In this document: positions 1-9,036 of the stretch, piece by piece | Position numbering within the stretch: position 1 is the first letter of the stretch | Layout: each line of letters opens with the position of its first letter | From: Candidatus Methanoperedens sp. | Lineage (GTDB): Bacteria > Patescibacteriota > Microgenomatia > UBA12405 | Direction of reading: 5' to 3' | Length of the DNA stretch: 54,210 nt | Assembly: GCA_035562735.1 (NCBI GenBank) | Contig: DATMWB010000014.1 | Location: 1-54,210, forward strand | The notes under the pieces: generated by a model | The model's database searches: none | Told to the model about the DNA's origin: nothing | Seen by the model: the letters and a program-made list of their open reading frames with translations, nothing else | Translations under genes and position numbers: made by a program

Positions 1-3000
1 TATGATGAGGCAATAAATTTTAAAGTTGAGAATTATAGAAAACCTGAATATTTTATTGAGGCAGAAAGCAAGGTAATGGAGGTGGTTAGAGGTGATGAGA
101 TTGATGTTGAGGTAAAGGGTGAGTATTTTTCTGGACAACCTTTAAGTTCTGAAGTGGTAAATTATAAAATATTTGCTAGTCAGGGTTTTGGTGATTATGA
201 CTACTATTACCCAATCAGTGCGAGTAATTTTTATCATGCTTGGGGTCAGAATGAGATTGAGACAGGTAGCGTAACTTTGGACAGTAAAGGTAAGGCAAAG
301 GTAAGTTTGGCAACAAACAAAAACGATTCTTTGGGGAAGTATCAGCTGTATTATGTTGAATTTTCATATGCCGATGCCACTGGGAATCAAAATTTAACGG
401 CGGTCAATGTGTTGGTTCGCTCGGGAGAGGTATCGATATACCGTGACAGTGATACAGGATATGGAGGAAAAACTAATCAGAAGTTGGATTTACCCCTGAT
501 TGTTAAGTCAAATCAAAAAGGGGTGAATTTGGCACAAAATATAGAAATTGGTGTGGCCAGGCGTTGGTGGCAAAAATATAATGATGAGAACAGTAAATAT
601 CCACAGTATCGTGAAGAGAAAGAAAATATGGGTAATTTTTTTGTAAACTCGGATAAGAGTGGTAAGGCAGTATTTAGTTTTACTCCAACAAAAGAGGGAA
701 GCTATGAACTGAATACAAAGATGACTGACAAACGAGGTAATGTGGTGGTGAAGACCTTTTATCTTTGGGTTTCTGATAAATATGCAAACTATAAGGGGGA
801 AAACAGTAATTCTACTATAAGGATCACTACTGACAAAAAGAAATATGTCCCTGGGGATAAAGCGATAATAAATATTAGTTCGGATATTCCAGATAGAGAT
901 ATTTATTTTGGAGTAGAAAGAGCGTATCAGGATCGATACCAAGTGGTACACATGAATGGAACTTCAGCTGATGTTGAATTGATGATAAGCGAACATGATA
1001 TGCCAAATATATTTTTGGTAGCAAAATCATTTGAAGTGACGGGACTTCAGGGAGACATTCAGAACGTTGAAGTTGATACCTCTAATAAAAAAATTACTTA
1101 TACAATTAATACTGATAAGAAACTTTATTCTCCAGGAGATGAAGTAACGGTGAATGTTGAGGCACGCGATAAAGCTGGCAATCCTGTTGAGAGTAACTTA
1201 GCGCTGTGGGCGGTTGATAAATCTCTATACTCTTTGGCTGACGTAAATTATGGGGACGTATTTGAAACTTTTTGGCAAAAAAGAGGTGATGAAACCCAAC
1301 AATCACATTCTCTTGAGGGTATTACAGTAATTGGAGGTGCTGAGAAGGGAGGATGTTTTTTGCCAGGGACAAAGGTACTTATGGCTAACAGTATTTCTAA
1401 GCCGATTGAAGATATTAAGGTAGGCGATAAGATTTTGACCCGGGTATCACCAAAGTCAGCAAAAATGATGAAGACAAAGGTGACGGCGTTACACAGTACA
1501 TTTACCATGGGGTATTTTGTGATTAATGCTGAATTAAAGTTGACGGGAAATCATTTATTAATGGTTAATGGTAAGTGGGCTGAGGCAAGAACAATTAGTA
1601 TTGGAGATGAATTGATTGGAATTGGAGATAAAAAAATAATCGTTGATTCGATAGAATTCTTGAATTTACCAAGCAAGGTATACAACCTCACGACTGATAC
1701 TTATCATAGTTTTTTTGCAGAGGGTGTCTATGTTCACAATGATAAGGGTGGGGGTACACGAGATAATTTTGCTGATACGGCATATTGGAATGCATCAATA
1801 AATACAGGAAGTGACGGCCGGACTCAGGTAAAATTCAAATTACCAGATAACCTGACAACGTGGGTTTTAACTACGATTGGGGCATCGAGTGATACCAAGG
1901 CTGGACAGGGTTTTACCGAGATAAAGGTAAGTAAAGATTTGGCAATTAGACCTGTGCTACCAAATGTGTTGGGTGAAAGGGACACGATTACTGTATCAGC
2001 TTTGGTCAATAATTATAGTGAGCTTGAAAGTAAGGCGACAGTAGAATTGGTAACTAATGCCGGTGAGGTTCTAAGCCCCTTGTCACAAAAGGTAGAGGTT
2101 TTAGCAAATGATTTTGTTCAGGTAGTATGGCAGATAAAGGTAGGTGAGGCAAAGGAAAAAGTAAAATTTGAGTTCAAAGTGAATGATGATAAGGGAAGGT
2201 CAGATGCTGTTGTCCAAGAGATAGAGGTACGTAGTATAGGATATTGGGAGCAAAAATCAGACTTTAGGAGTGGGTCATCAACTATTTCTTTGCAAGTGCC
2301 AAATATTGCTTACGATATCAATAAATCAAAGGTTGAAGTTGCTTTGAGTTCAACAGTAATGGGATCCCTACCAACGGCATTGAAGTATTTGATTAATTAT
2401 CCTTATGGCTGTGTTGAACAAACAACGAGTGCTTTGGTACCAAAGTTGATGGCACGGAAATACCCCGTTTTTTTTGCTGAAGCATTGAAATCTGAATCAA
2501 AGTATCAAGTTATGAGTGAAGGTTTTGACAAGTTAAGAGAATTGCAAAATTATGATGGTTCATGGAGCTGGTGGTGGAAGGGGAGTAAACCGGAGGCCTT
2601 TGTTTCGGCCTATGTATTTAGAATTTTAAATGAAGCAAAACTTTTGGGTATAAGTATTGATGAGGGGATGTATAACAAAGCCTTAAGATATCTATCAGAG
2701 AATTTTGATAATGTAGAGTTTGAAAATAAAATCATTAAGGCTTATGGATTGTCTTTTGCTACTGATTCAAAATATCATCGGGGGATAGAAGGTGATTTAT
2801 CAGCTGTGAGTGATGATTTTTTGGCAATGGCGGTGCAGGCAAACTTGACAGCAGGTATAAATGATTCCTCAAAAAGTGGTTTGGATCTTCTTCTAAAAAG
2901 AATGACAGTGACTGATAGTGGGGTCCATTGGAATGCAGGTAGTTTAGAGCGTTTTGGTTCGAAGGAAGCTAGTACTGCTTTGGCAATACAGGCTTTGGCG

Positions 3001-3984
3001 AAAAGTGGTGCCCATCAGGATGTGGCGGCAAAAGCAATAAATTATTTAATGAAGAATCGCTATCATGATTATTGGGGTAGTACTTACACAACTGCCCAGA
3101 CAATATTGGCGATTATTGATTATAGTTTGGCAGTGAAGGAGTCTGAAGCTAACATTTTGTATCGAGTAATGTCTGGCGGCGAACAATTGGCAAGTGGGAT
3201 GTTTAGTGGATCAAAAACTATACCCGCTTTAGTGAATATCGATTTGAAATTGTATGCCAAAAATAAGGAAATTAGGATTGAAAAAAAAGGTGAGGGGGAA
3301 TTATATACGACAGTTAACCAAAAATGGTGGATAAAAGATGCAAAATCACCCGAAGTATCCAATGGAGTTAAAATTGTAAAGACGATTGTAAATGTAAAGG
3401 GCGAGGCTTACAATTTTGTTCCGGGGGACTTGGTGAGAGTGAATTTAGATGTAAGCTTTCCTGATGGAGATAACATTGCTCGGGGATATGCGATTATAGA
3501 GGACCACCTACCTTCAGGATTGGTACCAGTAAATACTAGATTATTAAATGAATCTGACAATCAAAGTGATGATATTTATACGGAAAAGCAATTCTTAAAA
3601 GACGGAGTTATTATCCCTATTTTCTATTCTGGCAATACCCAGCGATTTAGTTACTTGGCAAGGATTATTAATGCTGGAACTTTTTATATGCCTCCGGCCT
3701 ATTATTCACAAATGTACTACCCTGATACTTGGGCGAGGTCAGAGTCATCGAGTTTTATGGTTGAAGATATGATAAGAATTAGTGCATTAAGTGGTATAAA
3801 AGATATCAAGTTAGATTTGAAGAATTACTTGACACTGAAGAATTTAGTCATTGTTATATTTTTTACAGCGATGTTGGGAGCTTTGGCTTTTTGGAAGAAA
3901 AAAAAGTTAAAGAGTATTAAAAATAATGAAGAAACTGAGGCGCCACCAAGAGACGAAACACCTGAATCGAACTCTAGTATTTAG
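1..3984 (+). CDS. Alpha-2-macroglobulin family protein, 5'-truncated by the window edge, with a C-terminal TM anchor
   Basis: Frame 1 is open from nt 1 (YDEAINFKVENYRKPEYFIE...), so the ATG at 76 is internal. Thioester motif GCVEQT lies in YPYGCVEQTTSAL (CVEQ = 2410-2421). Post-bait motif is RDNFADTAYWN. A C-terminal hydrophobic helix LVIVIFFTAMLGALAFW is followed by KKKK. Confidence 0.85.
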   Translation, partial: YDEAINFKVENYRKPEYFIEAESKVMEVVRGDEIDVEVKGEYFSGQPLSSEVVNYKIFASQGFGDYDYYYPISASNFYHAWGQNEIETGSVTLDSKGKAKVSLATNKNDSLGKYQLYYVEFSYADATGNQNLTAVNVLVRSGEVSIYRDSDTGYGGKTNQKLDLPLIVKSNQKGVNLAQNIEIGVARRWWQKYNDENSKYPQYREEKENMGNFFVNSDKSGKAVFSFTPTKEGSYELNTKMTDKRGNVVVKTFYLWVSDKYANYKGENSNSTIRITTDKKKYVPGDKAIINISSDIPDRDIYFGVERAYQDRYQVVHMNGTSADVELMISEHDMPNIFLVAKSFEVTGLQGDIQNVEVDTSNKKITYTINTDKKLYSPGDEVTVNVEARDKAGNPVESNLALWAVDKSLYSLADVNYGDVFETFWQKRGDETQQSHSLEGITVIGGAEKGGCFLPGTKVLMANSISKPIEDIKVGDKILTRVSPKSAKMMKTKVTALHSTFTMGYFVINAELKLTGNHLLMVNGKWAEARTISIGDELIGIGDKKIIVDSIEFLNLPSKVYNLTTDTYHSFFAEGVYVHNDKGGGTRDNFADTAYWNASINTGSDGRTQVKFKLPDNLTTWVLTTIGASSDTKAGQGFTEIKVSKDLAIRPVLPNVLGERDTITVSALVNNYSELESKATVELVTNAGEVLSPLSQKVEVLANDFVQVVWQIKVGEAKEKVKFEFKVNDDKGRSDAVVQEIEVRSIGYWEQKSDFRSGSSTISLQVPNIAYDINKSKVEVALSSTVMGSLPTALKYLINYPYGCVEQTTSALVPKLMARKYPVFFAEALKSESKYQVMSEGFDKLRELQNYDGSWSWWWKGSKPEAFVSAYVFRILNEAKLLGISIDEGMYNKALRYLSENFDNVEFENKIIKAYGLSFATDSKYHRGIEGDLSAVSDDFLAMAVQANLTAGINDSSKSGLDLLLKRMTVTDSGVHWNAGSLERFGSKEASTALAIQALAKSGAHQDVAAKAINYLMKNRYHDYWGSTYTTAQTILAIIDYSLAVKESEANILYRVMSGGEQLASGMFSGSKTIPALVNIDLKLYAKNKEIRIEKKGEGELYTTVNQKWWIKDAKSPEVSNGVKIVKTIVNVKGEAYNFVPGDLVRVNLDVSFPDGDNIARGYAIIEDHLPSGLVPVNTRLLNESDNQSDDIYTEKQFLKDGVIIPIFYSGNTQRFSYLARIINAGTFYMPPAYYSQMYYPDTWARSESSSFMVEDMIRISALSGIKDIKLDLKNYLTLKNLVIVIFFTAMLGALAFWKKKKLKSIKNNEETEAPPRDETPESNSSI
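1354..1740 (+). other. Hint / intein-like domain (129 aa) inserted in-frame in the A2M
   Basis: Starts with Cys (CFLPGTKVLM, block A). It has the TxxH block B (LTGNHLLMV), block F (VYNLTTDTYHSFFAEG) and terminal block G (VYVHN). The next residue is Asp, not Cys/Ser/Thr. The flanks are similar: ..EKGG before and DKGGG.. after. Confidence 0.8.
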
Positions 3985-4708
3985 TTTTGGGTTGTTGTTT
4001 TTGTTTTTATTGGTGTCTTTTTTGAAAGATCGCTTTACTGGTAGTGAAATGACTCCAAAGATAAGGGGGGCAATAGTAACTCATCATGAGGTAGCCCAAG
4101 AGTTGATGATTGATTTGGGAAAAAAGATATCTAATCAGGGTAGAGTTTTATCAAATATTATCATTGTGGGTCCGAATCATGATGAACTCGGAGGAGGAAA
4201 CTTGTTGAGTGATGATGAATTATTAGTTTATAAAAGTGAGAAATTAATTACTCATGATGAAGTTGTAGTAAATAGGGATCACGCTTGTTTTGCCCCAAGA
4301 TCTGTATTGCAAAAATATTTACCAAACACAAAAATATCATGTATCTTAGTTAGTAGTCGGACGCGAGAAGAAGAAATTAAAAAAATAGTGGAGATCTTAA
4401 AATCGAGCTTAGGGGAAGACGGAGTGTTGGTGGCCTCTGTTGATTTTTCCCATTACCTACCACTTCGAGATGCTTTGGAAAAGGATTCTATAACTTGGAA
4501 GTACATTGAAGAGTTTGATGTGGAGGCATTACAAAAACTGAATAATGACCATTTAGATTCTCCTAAAACGATGGCGATACTTTTTGAATATTTGAAGAAT
4601 ATTGGGGCGATGAATTTTTCAAAAGTAAAACATGTTAATTCGGCTCAAATATTGGGAACACTTGATAGTTCATCAACAACAAGTTATTTCGAGGTTATTT
4701 ATTGGTAG
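3926..4708 (+). CDS. Memo-like / AmmeMemoRadiSam system protein B-like protein with an N-terminal TM helix
   Basis: Motifs IVGPNHDE and VASVDFSHYLP resemble the GPxH and DxSHY metal-site motifs of the Memo/LigB-like superfamily. The N-terminal hydrophobic segment is LVFSFGLLFLFLLVSFL. The start is uncertain because it overlaps the A2M by 59 nt. Confidence 0.5.
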   Translation: MKKLRRHQETKHLNRTLVFSFGLLFLFLLVSFLKDRFTGSEMTPKIRGAIVTHHEVAQELMIDLGKKISNQGRVLSNIIIVGPNHDELGGGNLLSDDELLVYKSEKLITHDEVVVNRDHACFAPRSVLQKYLPNTKISCILVSSRTREEEIKKIVEILKSSLGEDGVLVASVDFSHYLPLRDALEKDSITWKYIEEFDVEALQKLNNDHLDSPKTMAILFEYLKNIGAMNFSKVKHVNSAQILGTLDSSSTTSYFEVIYW

Positions 4709-4718
4709 AATTTATTTC

Positions 4719-5132
4719 ATGAAAAGATTAGAAATAATTTCTGAAAAATTGACAACTGCAGTTGGAACTCCTATTTCTATTGTGGTTCATACACTAATAT
4801 TTATTGGGGTTTTTTCATTGACATTATTTGGAGTAAATTTTGACGATGTTTTGTTGGTTTTGACGACAGTGTTGTCACTTGAGGCAATATATTTGGCAAT
4901 TTTTATTCAGATGACAGTTAACAAAACTACAAAAAGTTTGGCTGGGGTGGAAAAGGATATAGACGATATCCAGGAGGATGTTGAAGATTTGGGAGATGAT
5001 GTTAAAGAGATTACAGAGGATATTGATGAAGACGAACAGGAGGAAGATGAAGTAATCTTGGCGATAAAGGATATTGAAAAAAGGCTGGAAAAACTACATA
5101 GAGATGTAATCAAGATTAATAAAAGAAGTTGA
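4719..5132 (+). CDS. Small two-TM membrane protein (DUF1003 / low-affinity iron permease-like) with an acidic coiled-coil tail
   Basis: The internal ATG at 4719 (MKRLEIISEKL) avoids overlap with the upstream gene. There are two hydrophobic helices, then LSLEAIYLAIFIQMTVNK, then a D/E-rich tail. Confidence 0.45.
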   Translation: MKRLEIISEKLTTAVGTPISIVVHTLIFIGVFSLTLFGVNFDDVLLVLTTVLSLEAIYLAIFIQMTVNKTTKSLAGVEKDIDDIQEDVEDLGDDVKEITEDIDEDEQEEDEVILAIKDIEKRLEKLHRDVIKINKRS

Positions 5133-5141
5133 GTTTAAGCG

Positions 5142-5960
5142 CTAAAATAAATTTTTAGATCGAAAGGTATTGATTTCTTCTTTTTGTTTTTTGTTGGCAA
5201 TTCGAAGATAAGTCTTAAATATTTGAAGCCAAGTATCAAAGGAGACTTGGGTGGGTTTAAGGTTGGTTAATTTAAATGTTTTTTCAAGGGTTTTGAGTTG
5301 AGGATAGGTAAAAACTTTTTTATAGGAATCGAGAAAGGTAGCTTGCCATTGACTAAACCCATAGATGACAAAGTCTTTGTATTCTGTTTTGTAATCGTCC
5401 TTGATGAAGGGAAGAGGACGTTTTTTAAATTCAATAAAGACGACGATGATTTGGGGTTTTTTGGTGAAGTTGCTACGGTCAACATCACCAATAATTTTTA
5501 TTTCATACCAAGGCTTTGTGAGGAGTGAACTTTGAGTTTCTGGGCAACCAACAAATTTTTTTGCAGTTTCGTACTGCATTAGAAAATACATAGAGTCGGG
5601 AAGCGGGGTACTTTTTAGGAAACGATTTATAATTTCAGCTGTTATGGAGAAGGGGATGTTGGCAAAAACTTTGTAAGGAGTTGTAGGCAATTTGAATTTC
5701 AAAAAGTCTTCTGTGTGAACTTTTAAATTGAGGATATTTTTTGTGCTTTCAATTAAATTATTGGCTAAAATATTGTCTTTTTCTATGGCGATAACTGACT
5801 TAGAAACTTTCACTAATTCTTTGGTTATGACTCCATGACCTGGTCCAATTTCTAAAACTAGATCGTTTTTGGTAATATCTGAAGAGGCTAGAAGCTCGGT
5901 AGCAAGCTCGGGATATTTTATAAAATTTTGAGAGAGGGAGTCTTTTTGATGGTAGGCCAT
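5142..5960 (-). CDS. rRNA adenine N6-dimethyltransferase family protein (Erm/KsgA-like)
   Basis: SQNFI motif near the N-terminus. SAM-binding motif LEIGPGHGVITKEL. AIEKD. Substrate-adenine motif FANIPFSITAEII. Confidence 0.75.
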   Translation of the reverse strand: MAYHQKDSLSQNFIKYPELATELLASSDITKNDLVLEIGPGHGVITKELVKVSKSVIAIEKDNILANNLIESTKNILNLKVHTEDFLKFKLPTTPYKVFANIPFSITAEIINRFLKSTPLPDSMYFLMQYETAKKFVGCPETQSSLLTKPWYEIKIIGDVDRSNFTKKPQIIVVFIEFKKRPLPFIKDDYKTEYKDFVIYGFSQWQATFLDSYKKVFTYPQLKTLEKTFKLTNLKPTQVSFDTWLQIFKTYLRIANKKQKEEINTFRSKNLF

Positions 5961-6014
5961 AGTAGTAATCTGATAGGTATAGTAGCATTTTTAGTTCTTA
6001 GATATAATTGAGAA

Positions 6015-6710
6015 GTGAGGAAAGTAATCTTTCGGTCAAAGTTTTTTATCATGTTGATGGCGGAAATAGTGTTGGGACTAGTTTTAAGTATTGGTATGGC
6101 GATGATTTTTTTTAAAATTTATAGGGAATTATTTTTGATTAACATTGCCAACTTTGATGTTTTAGTCTCAAGATACATATATGAAATCAGAGATCCATTT
6201 TTAACTGGGATGATGAAATTTATAACTGATTTTGGTGCTGATTATTTGTTGATTAATTTTTTAGTACTGGTTTCATTTTTTCTCTGGAAGAAGAGAAAGC
6301 GTGAGGCTTTATCTTTTACAATTATTCTTGCGACAGGCTTGTTGTTGAACTTATTTTTAAAAGAAGTTATTCAGCGGCCTAGACCAATGATGTCACCTTT
6401 GGTGGCGATGTCTTCATATAGTTTTCCTTCTGGTCATACGATGAATTCGACAATTTTTTATTTGACAATAGCATTTTACTATTACCATCTTACGAGGAGA
6501 AAAAAAGGTAGTTTATTGATAATGATTGGGGCTCTAGGAATGATTTTACTAATAGGTTTTAGCCGAGTTTACCTTGGGGTTCATTATCCGAGCGATGTGT
6601 TGGCGGGATATGTGGTGGGGACGTGGTGGTTGGTGACTATTTTGCTGATAAATAAATCATATAGTTTTGTAAAGCACTATCTTGAAGAAAAGAAAAAACT
6701 TTCTTTTTAG
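6015..6710 (+). CDS. PAP2-family phosphatase (undecaprenyl-diphosphatase/BcrC-like)
   Basis: The three PAP2 motifs are present: KEVIQRPRP, SFPSGHT, SRVYLGVHYPSDVLAG. The protein has multiple TM helices. Confidence 0.8.
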   Translation: MRKVIFRSKFFIMLMAEIVLGLVLSIGMAMIFFKIYRELFLINIANFDVLVSRYIYEIRDPFLTGMMKFITDFGADYLLINFLVLVSFFLWKKRKREALSFTIILATGLLLNLFLKEVIQRPRPMMSPLVAMSSYSFPSGHTMNSTIFYLTIAFYYYHLTRRKKGSLLIMIGALGMILLIGFSRVYLGVHYPSDVLAGYVVGTWWLVTILLINKSYSFVKHYLEEKKKLSF

Positions 6711-6724
6711 GATAGAATGGTTGT

Positions 6725-7093
6725 ATGAGCAAATTGTGGTTTTATAAATTTTTTAAGGGTTTTTTTTATGCCACAAGAGGGATTGTTGAGGGATTTAAAG
6801 AGAGAAACATGAGGGTTCATGGAATAATGGCGGTTTTGGTTATTGTGATGGGTTGGTTTTTGGGTTTAACTAGAATTGAATGGTATATTGTTTTTATTTT
6901 GATTGCTTTGGTATTTGGGGCAGAATTGTTTAACTCAAGTATTGAAGAATTGGCGAATATAGTCAAAAGAAAAAATAAATGTGAATATGAAGAGACAAGA
7001 GTGACTCGTGATTTGGCTGCTGGGGCAGTACTGGTTATGGCATTTGTGAGTGCGGCAATAGGATTGATGATTTTTTTACCGAAGATAATATAA
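6725..7093 (+). CDS. dgkA: Diacylglycerol / undecaprenol kinase
   Basis: 122 aa with 3 TM helices. FKERNMRVH and AELFNSSIEELANIV are typical of prokaryotic DgkA. Confidence 0.75.
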   Translation: MSKLWFYKFFKGFFYATRGIVEGFKERNMRVHGIMAVLVIVMGWFLGLTRIEWYIVFILIALVFGAELFNSSIEELANIVKRKNKCEYEETRVTRDLAAGAVLVMAFVSAAIGLMIFLPKII

Positions 7094-7111
7094 CTGGTGT
7101 AGAATTAGTTT

Positions 7112-8974
7112 ATGTGGTTTATTGTAGTGTTTTTTTGGTTCTTTTTAGGGATAAATCAAGTTGAAGCAAAATCATATACAGTAGGTCCAGTAAATATTGT
7201 GGCGACTGTCAATCGTGATGGTTCGATGCTAGTCGAAGAAGAAAGGGTGTTTAATTTTGAAGGGGATTATAGTTATGCCTATGAATACATAAACAAGAAA
7301 GGGGAAAGGGATGTACCTTATATTTTAAAAAATTTTTATGTTTCTGACGAAAATGGTTTTTACAGACCTAAAAATAATAGTGAAGAAAAAATTCCAAATA
7401 CTTTTTATGTTACCGATGAGGGAGATAGGTACTATATTAAGTGGTTTTACAGTGCCAACTATGAAAAGAAAACTTTTACTTTGAGATATGAAGTTGAAAA
7501 TGCGGTGACCTTGCATGATGATGTGGCAGAAGTCTACTGGCAGGCAATTGGAGATGATTGGGATTTGGGACAAAGTGAGGTTAATGTCGATTTTATTTTG
7601 CCCTTAGGAATTGATGGAAAACAAATTCAAGCATGGGCACACGGACCTTTGGAGGGGAGGATTTCGATTCCTGACAGTAGATTGGTCAAGATGAATGTAT
7701 CAAATCTTTCTAGTAAAACATTTTTTGAAGCTAGGATTTTGCTTCCAAAAAATACTTTTAGTAGTGGGGTAGTTGGAAATAAAAATAGAGATAAGATATT
7801 GGGCGAAGAAGAAGGTTTTATCGCCAAAACAGAAGCAGATAAAAAAAGAACGAGGATGATAGGGTATTTGGCTGGAGGTCTTTTTTTGACAATGGCTGGC
7901 TGGCAAATTTGGGAAATAACAAAGAAAATAGGTTTATTTATAAAGTATGGAAAGGATAAAGCTTTGCCTCAAGCTTCACTTTCTGGGAGATGGTGGGAAC
8001 CACCAAGCGAAATTGATCCAGCTCAGGTAGAGCAATTAATTTCTGGGAGTGAGGGGATTACGACAAAATCTTTGACAGCAACAATTTTGTCTTTGGTAAA
8101 TGATAGGTTTTATAAAATAAGTCGGAGTGATCAAAAGGAGGGCTTCATATTTAAAAAATATAAATATTATTTAGAGCCAATAGGAGAAAATAAAAAAAAT
8201 GCTTCAACCATTCAGATGTTGATTGTTGAATTACTCGAAAGAATAATGGGGAGCAAAAACAAACTGTGTCTTGATGATATTAGTGCTTGGTTTAGAGCTC
8301 ATCAAAGTTCGTCGAGAACTTTTTTGATGAGTACATTTCCCAAAAAAGTATTTAAAGAGAATCTAGATGAAGGATATTTTGACGAGACAGCAGAGAAGAT
8401 GAAGGATAAATACATTGCCTGGTTGTCAATTATTATTTTTTTTGTGGGAATGTTTACGGCTGGATTACTTACTCCATTGGGAGTAATAGCTGTTTTGGGG
8501 GCATTTTTAAACGTAAGCTTGGCTTTTCTTCTAATGGTGATTGGTTTTTTGATGTCTTCTTTTGGGCATAAAAGGACTGAGAAAGGGCAGGAAGAGGCGG
8601 CAAAGTGGATAGGTTTTAAGAAGCACTTAAAAGAGTATAAGCAAACTATAAAAGAACCGATTGATTCGGTGGTGATTTGGGAAAAGTATTTGGTTTATGG
8701 AACTGTATTGGGAATCTCAATAAAGACGCTATCAGAGCTACCAATAAATTTAAGTGATAGTGATAGGGGGATGCTGATGTCGTATTGGGGAAGTGGCAGC
8801 GATGTGGGGGGGGTTGGTAACTTTGGACAAAGCTTGGCTTCAATAGGAGAGGCAATGAATAGTATAAGTAGTGCAGTCAACTCAAGCTATGGAGCATCGG
8901 GGGTAGGTAGTAGTGGAGGGTCTTCGGGTGGTGGTGGTGGTGGCGGTGGTGGTGGCGGTGGCGGCGCTGGTTAA
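7112..8974 (+). CDS. DUF2207-like membrane protein with a C-terminal poly-glycine tail
   Basis: Signal peptide, N-terminal beta-rich ectodomain, central and C-terminal TM helices, and a terminal SSGGSSG13AG tail, as commonly seen in DUF2207 proteins. Confidence 0.6.
   Translation: MWFIVVFFWFFLGINQVEAKSYTVGPVNIVATVNRDGSMLVEEERVFNFEGDYSYAYEYINKKGERDVPYILKNFYVSDENGFYRPKNNSEEKIPNTFYVTDEGDRYYIKWFYSANYEKKTFTLRYEVENAVTLHDDVAEVYWQAIGDDWDLGQSEVNVDFILPLGIDGKQIQAWAHGPLEGRISIPDSRLVKMNVSNLSSKTFFEARILLPKNTFSSGVVGNKNRDKILGEEEGFIAKTEADKKRTRMIGYLAGGLFLTMAGWQIWEITKKIGLFIKYGKDKALPQASLSGRWWEPPSEIDPAQVEQLISGSEGITTKSLTATILSLVNDRFYKISRSDQKEGFIFKKYKYYLEPIGENKKNASTIQMLIVELLERIMGSKNKLCLDDISAWFRAHQSSSRTFLMSTFPKKVFKENLDEGYFDETAEKMKDKYIAWLSIIIFFVGMFTAGLLTPLGVIAVLGAFLNVSLAFLLMVIGFLMSSFGHKRTEKGQEEAAKWIGFKKHLKEYKQTIKEPIDSVVIWEKYLVYGTVLGISIKTLSELPINLSDSDRGMLMSYWGSGSDVGGVGNFGQSLASIGEAMNSISSAVNSSYGASGVGSSGGSSGGGGGGGGGGGGGAG
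8927..8965 (+). repeat. (GGY)13 trinucleotide tract encoding 13 consecutive Gly
   Basis: Direct reading: ggt x5, ggc, ggt x3, ggc, ggt, ggc, ggc, in frame with the 7112 ORF. Confidence 0.95.
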
Positions 8975-9036
8975 TACGTCTTGCAATTATATTTATCTTA
9001 ATTCATACTGAAATATCACTATATTTATTTTTATAA

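Noticed and set aside
1354-1740. Reading the A2M insert as an ordinary protein-splicing intein
   Set aside because: The residue following the terminal His-Asn is Asp rather than Cys, Ser or Thr, so canonical splicing chemistry is not supported. I report it instead as a Hint/BIL-like autoprocessing candidate.
508-3362. Antisense ORFs inside the A2M gene (508-951, 1106-1306, 1248-1508, 1824-2009, 3120-3362)
   Set aside because: They lie fully within a long, motif-supported sense ORF and have low-complexity or hydrophobic translations with no recognisable motifs. They are treated as shadow ORFs. The same reasoning applies to the other short antisense or alternative-frame ORFs in the track, for example 7325-7573, 9530-9775, 11999-12328, 15605-16024, 22134-22661 and 24237-24536.
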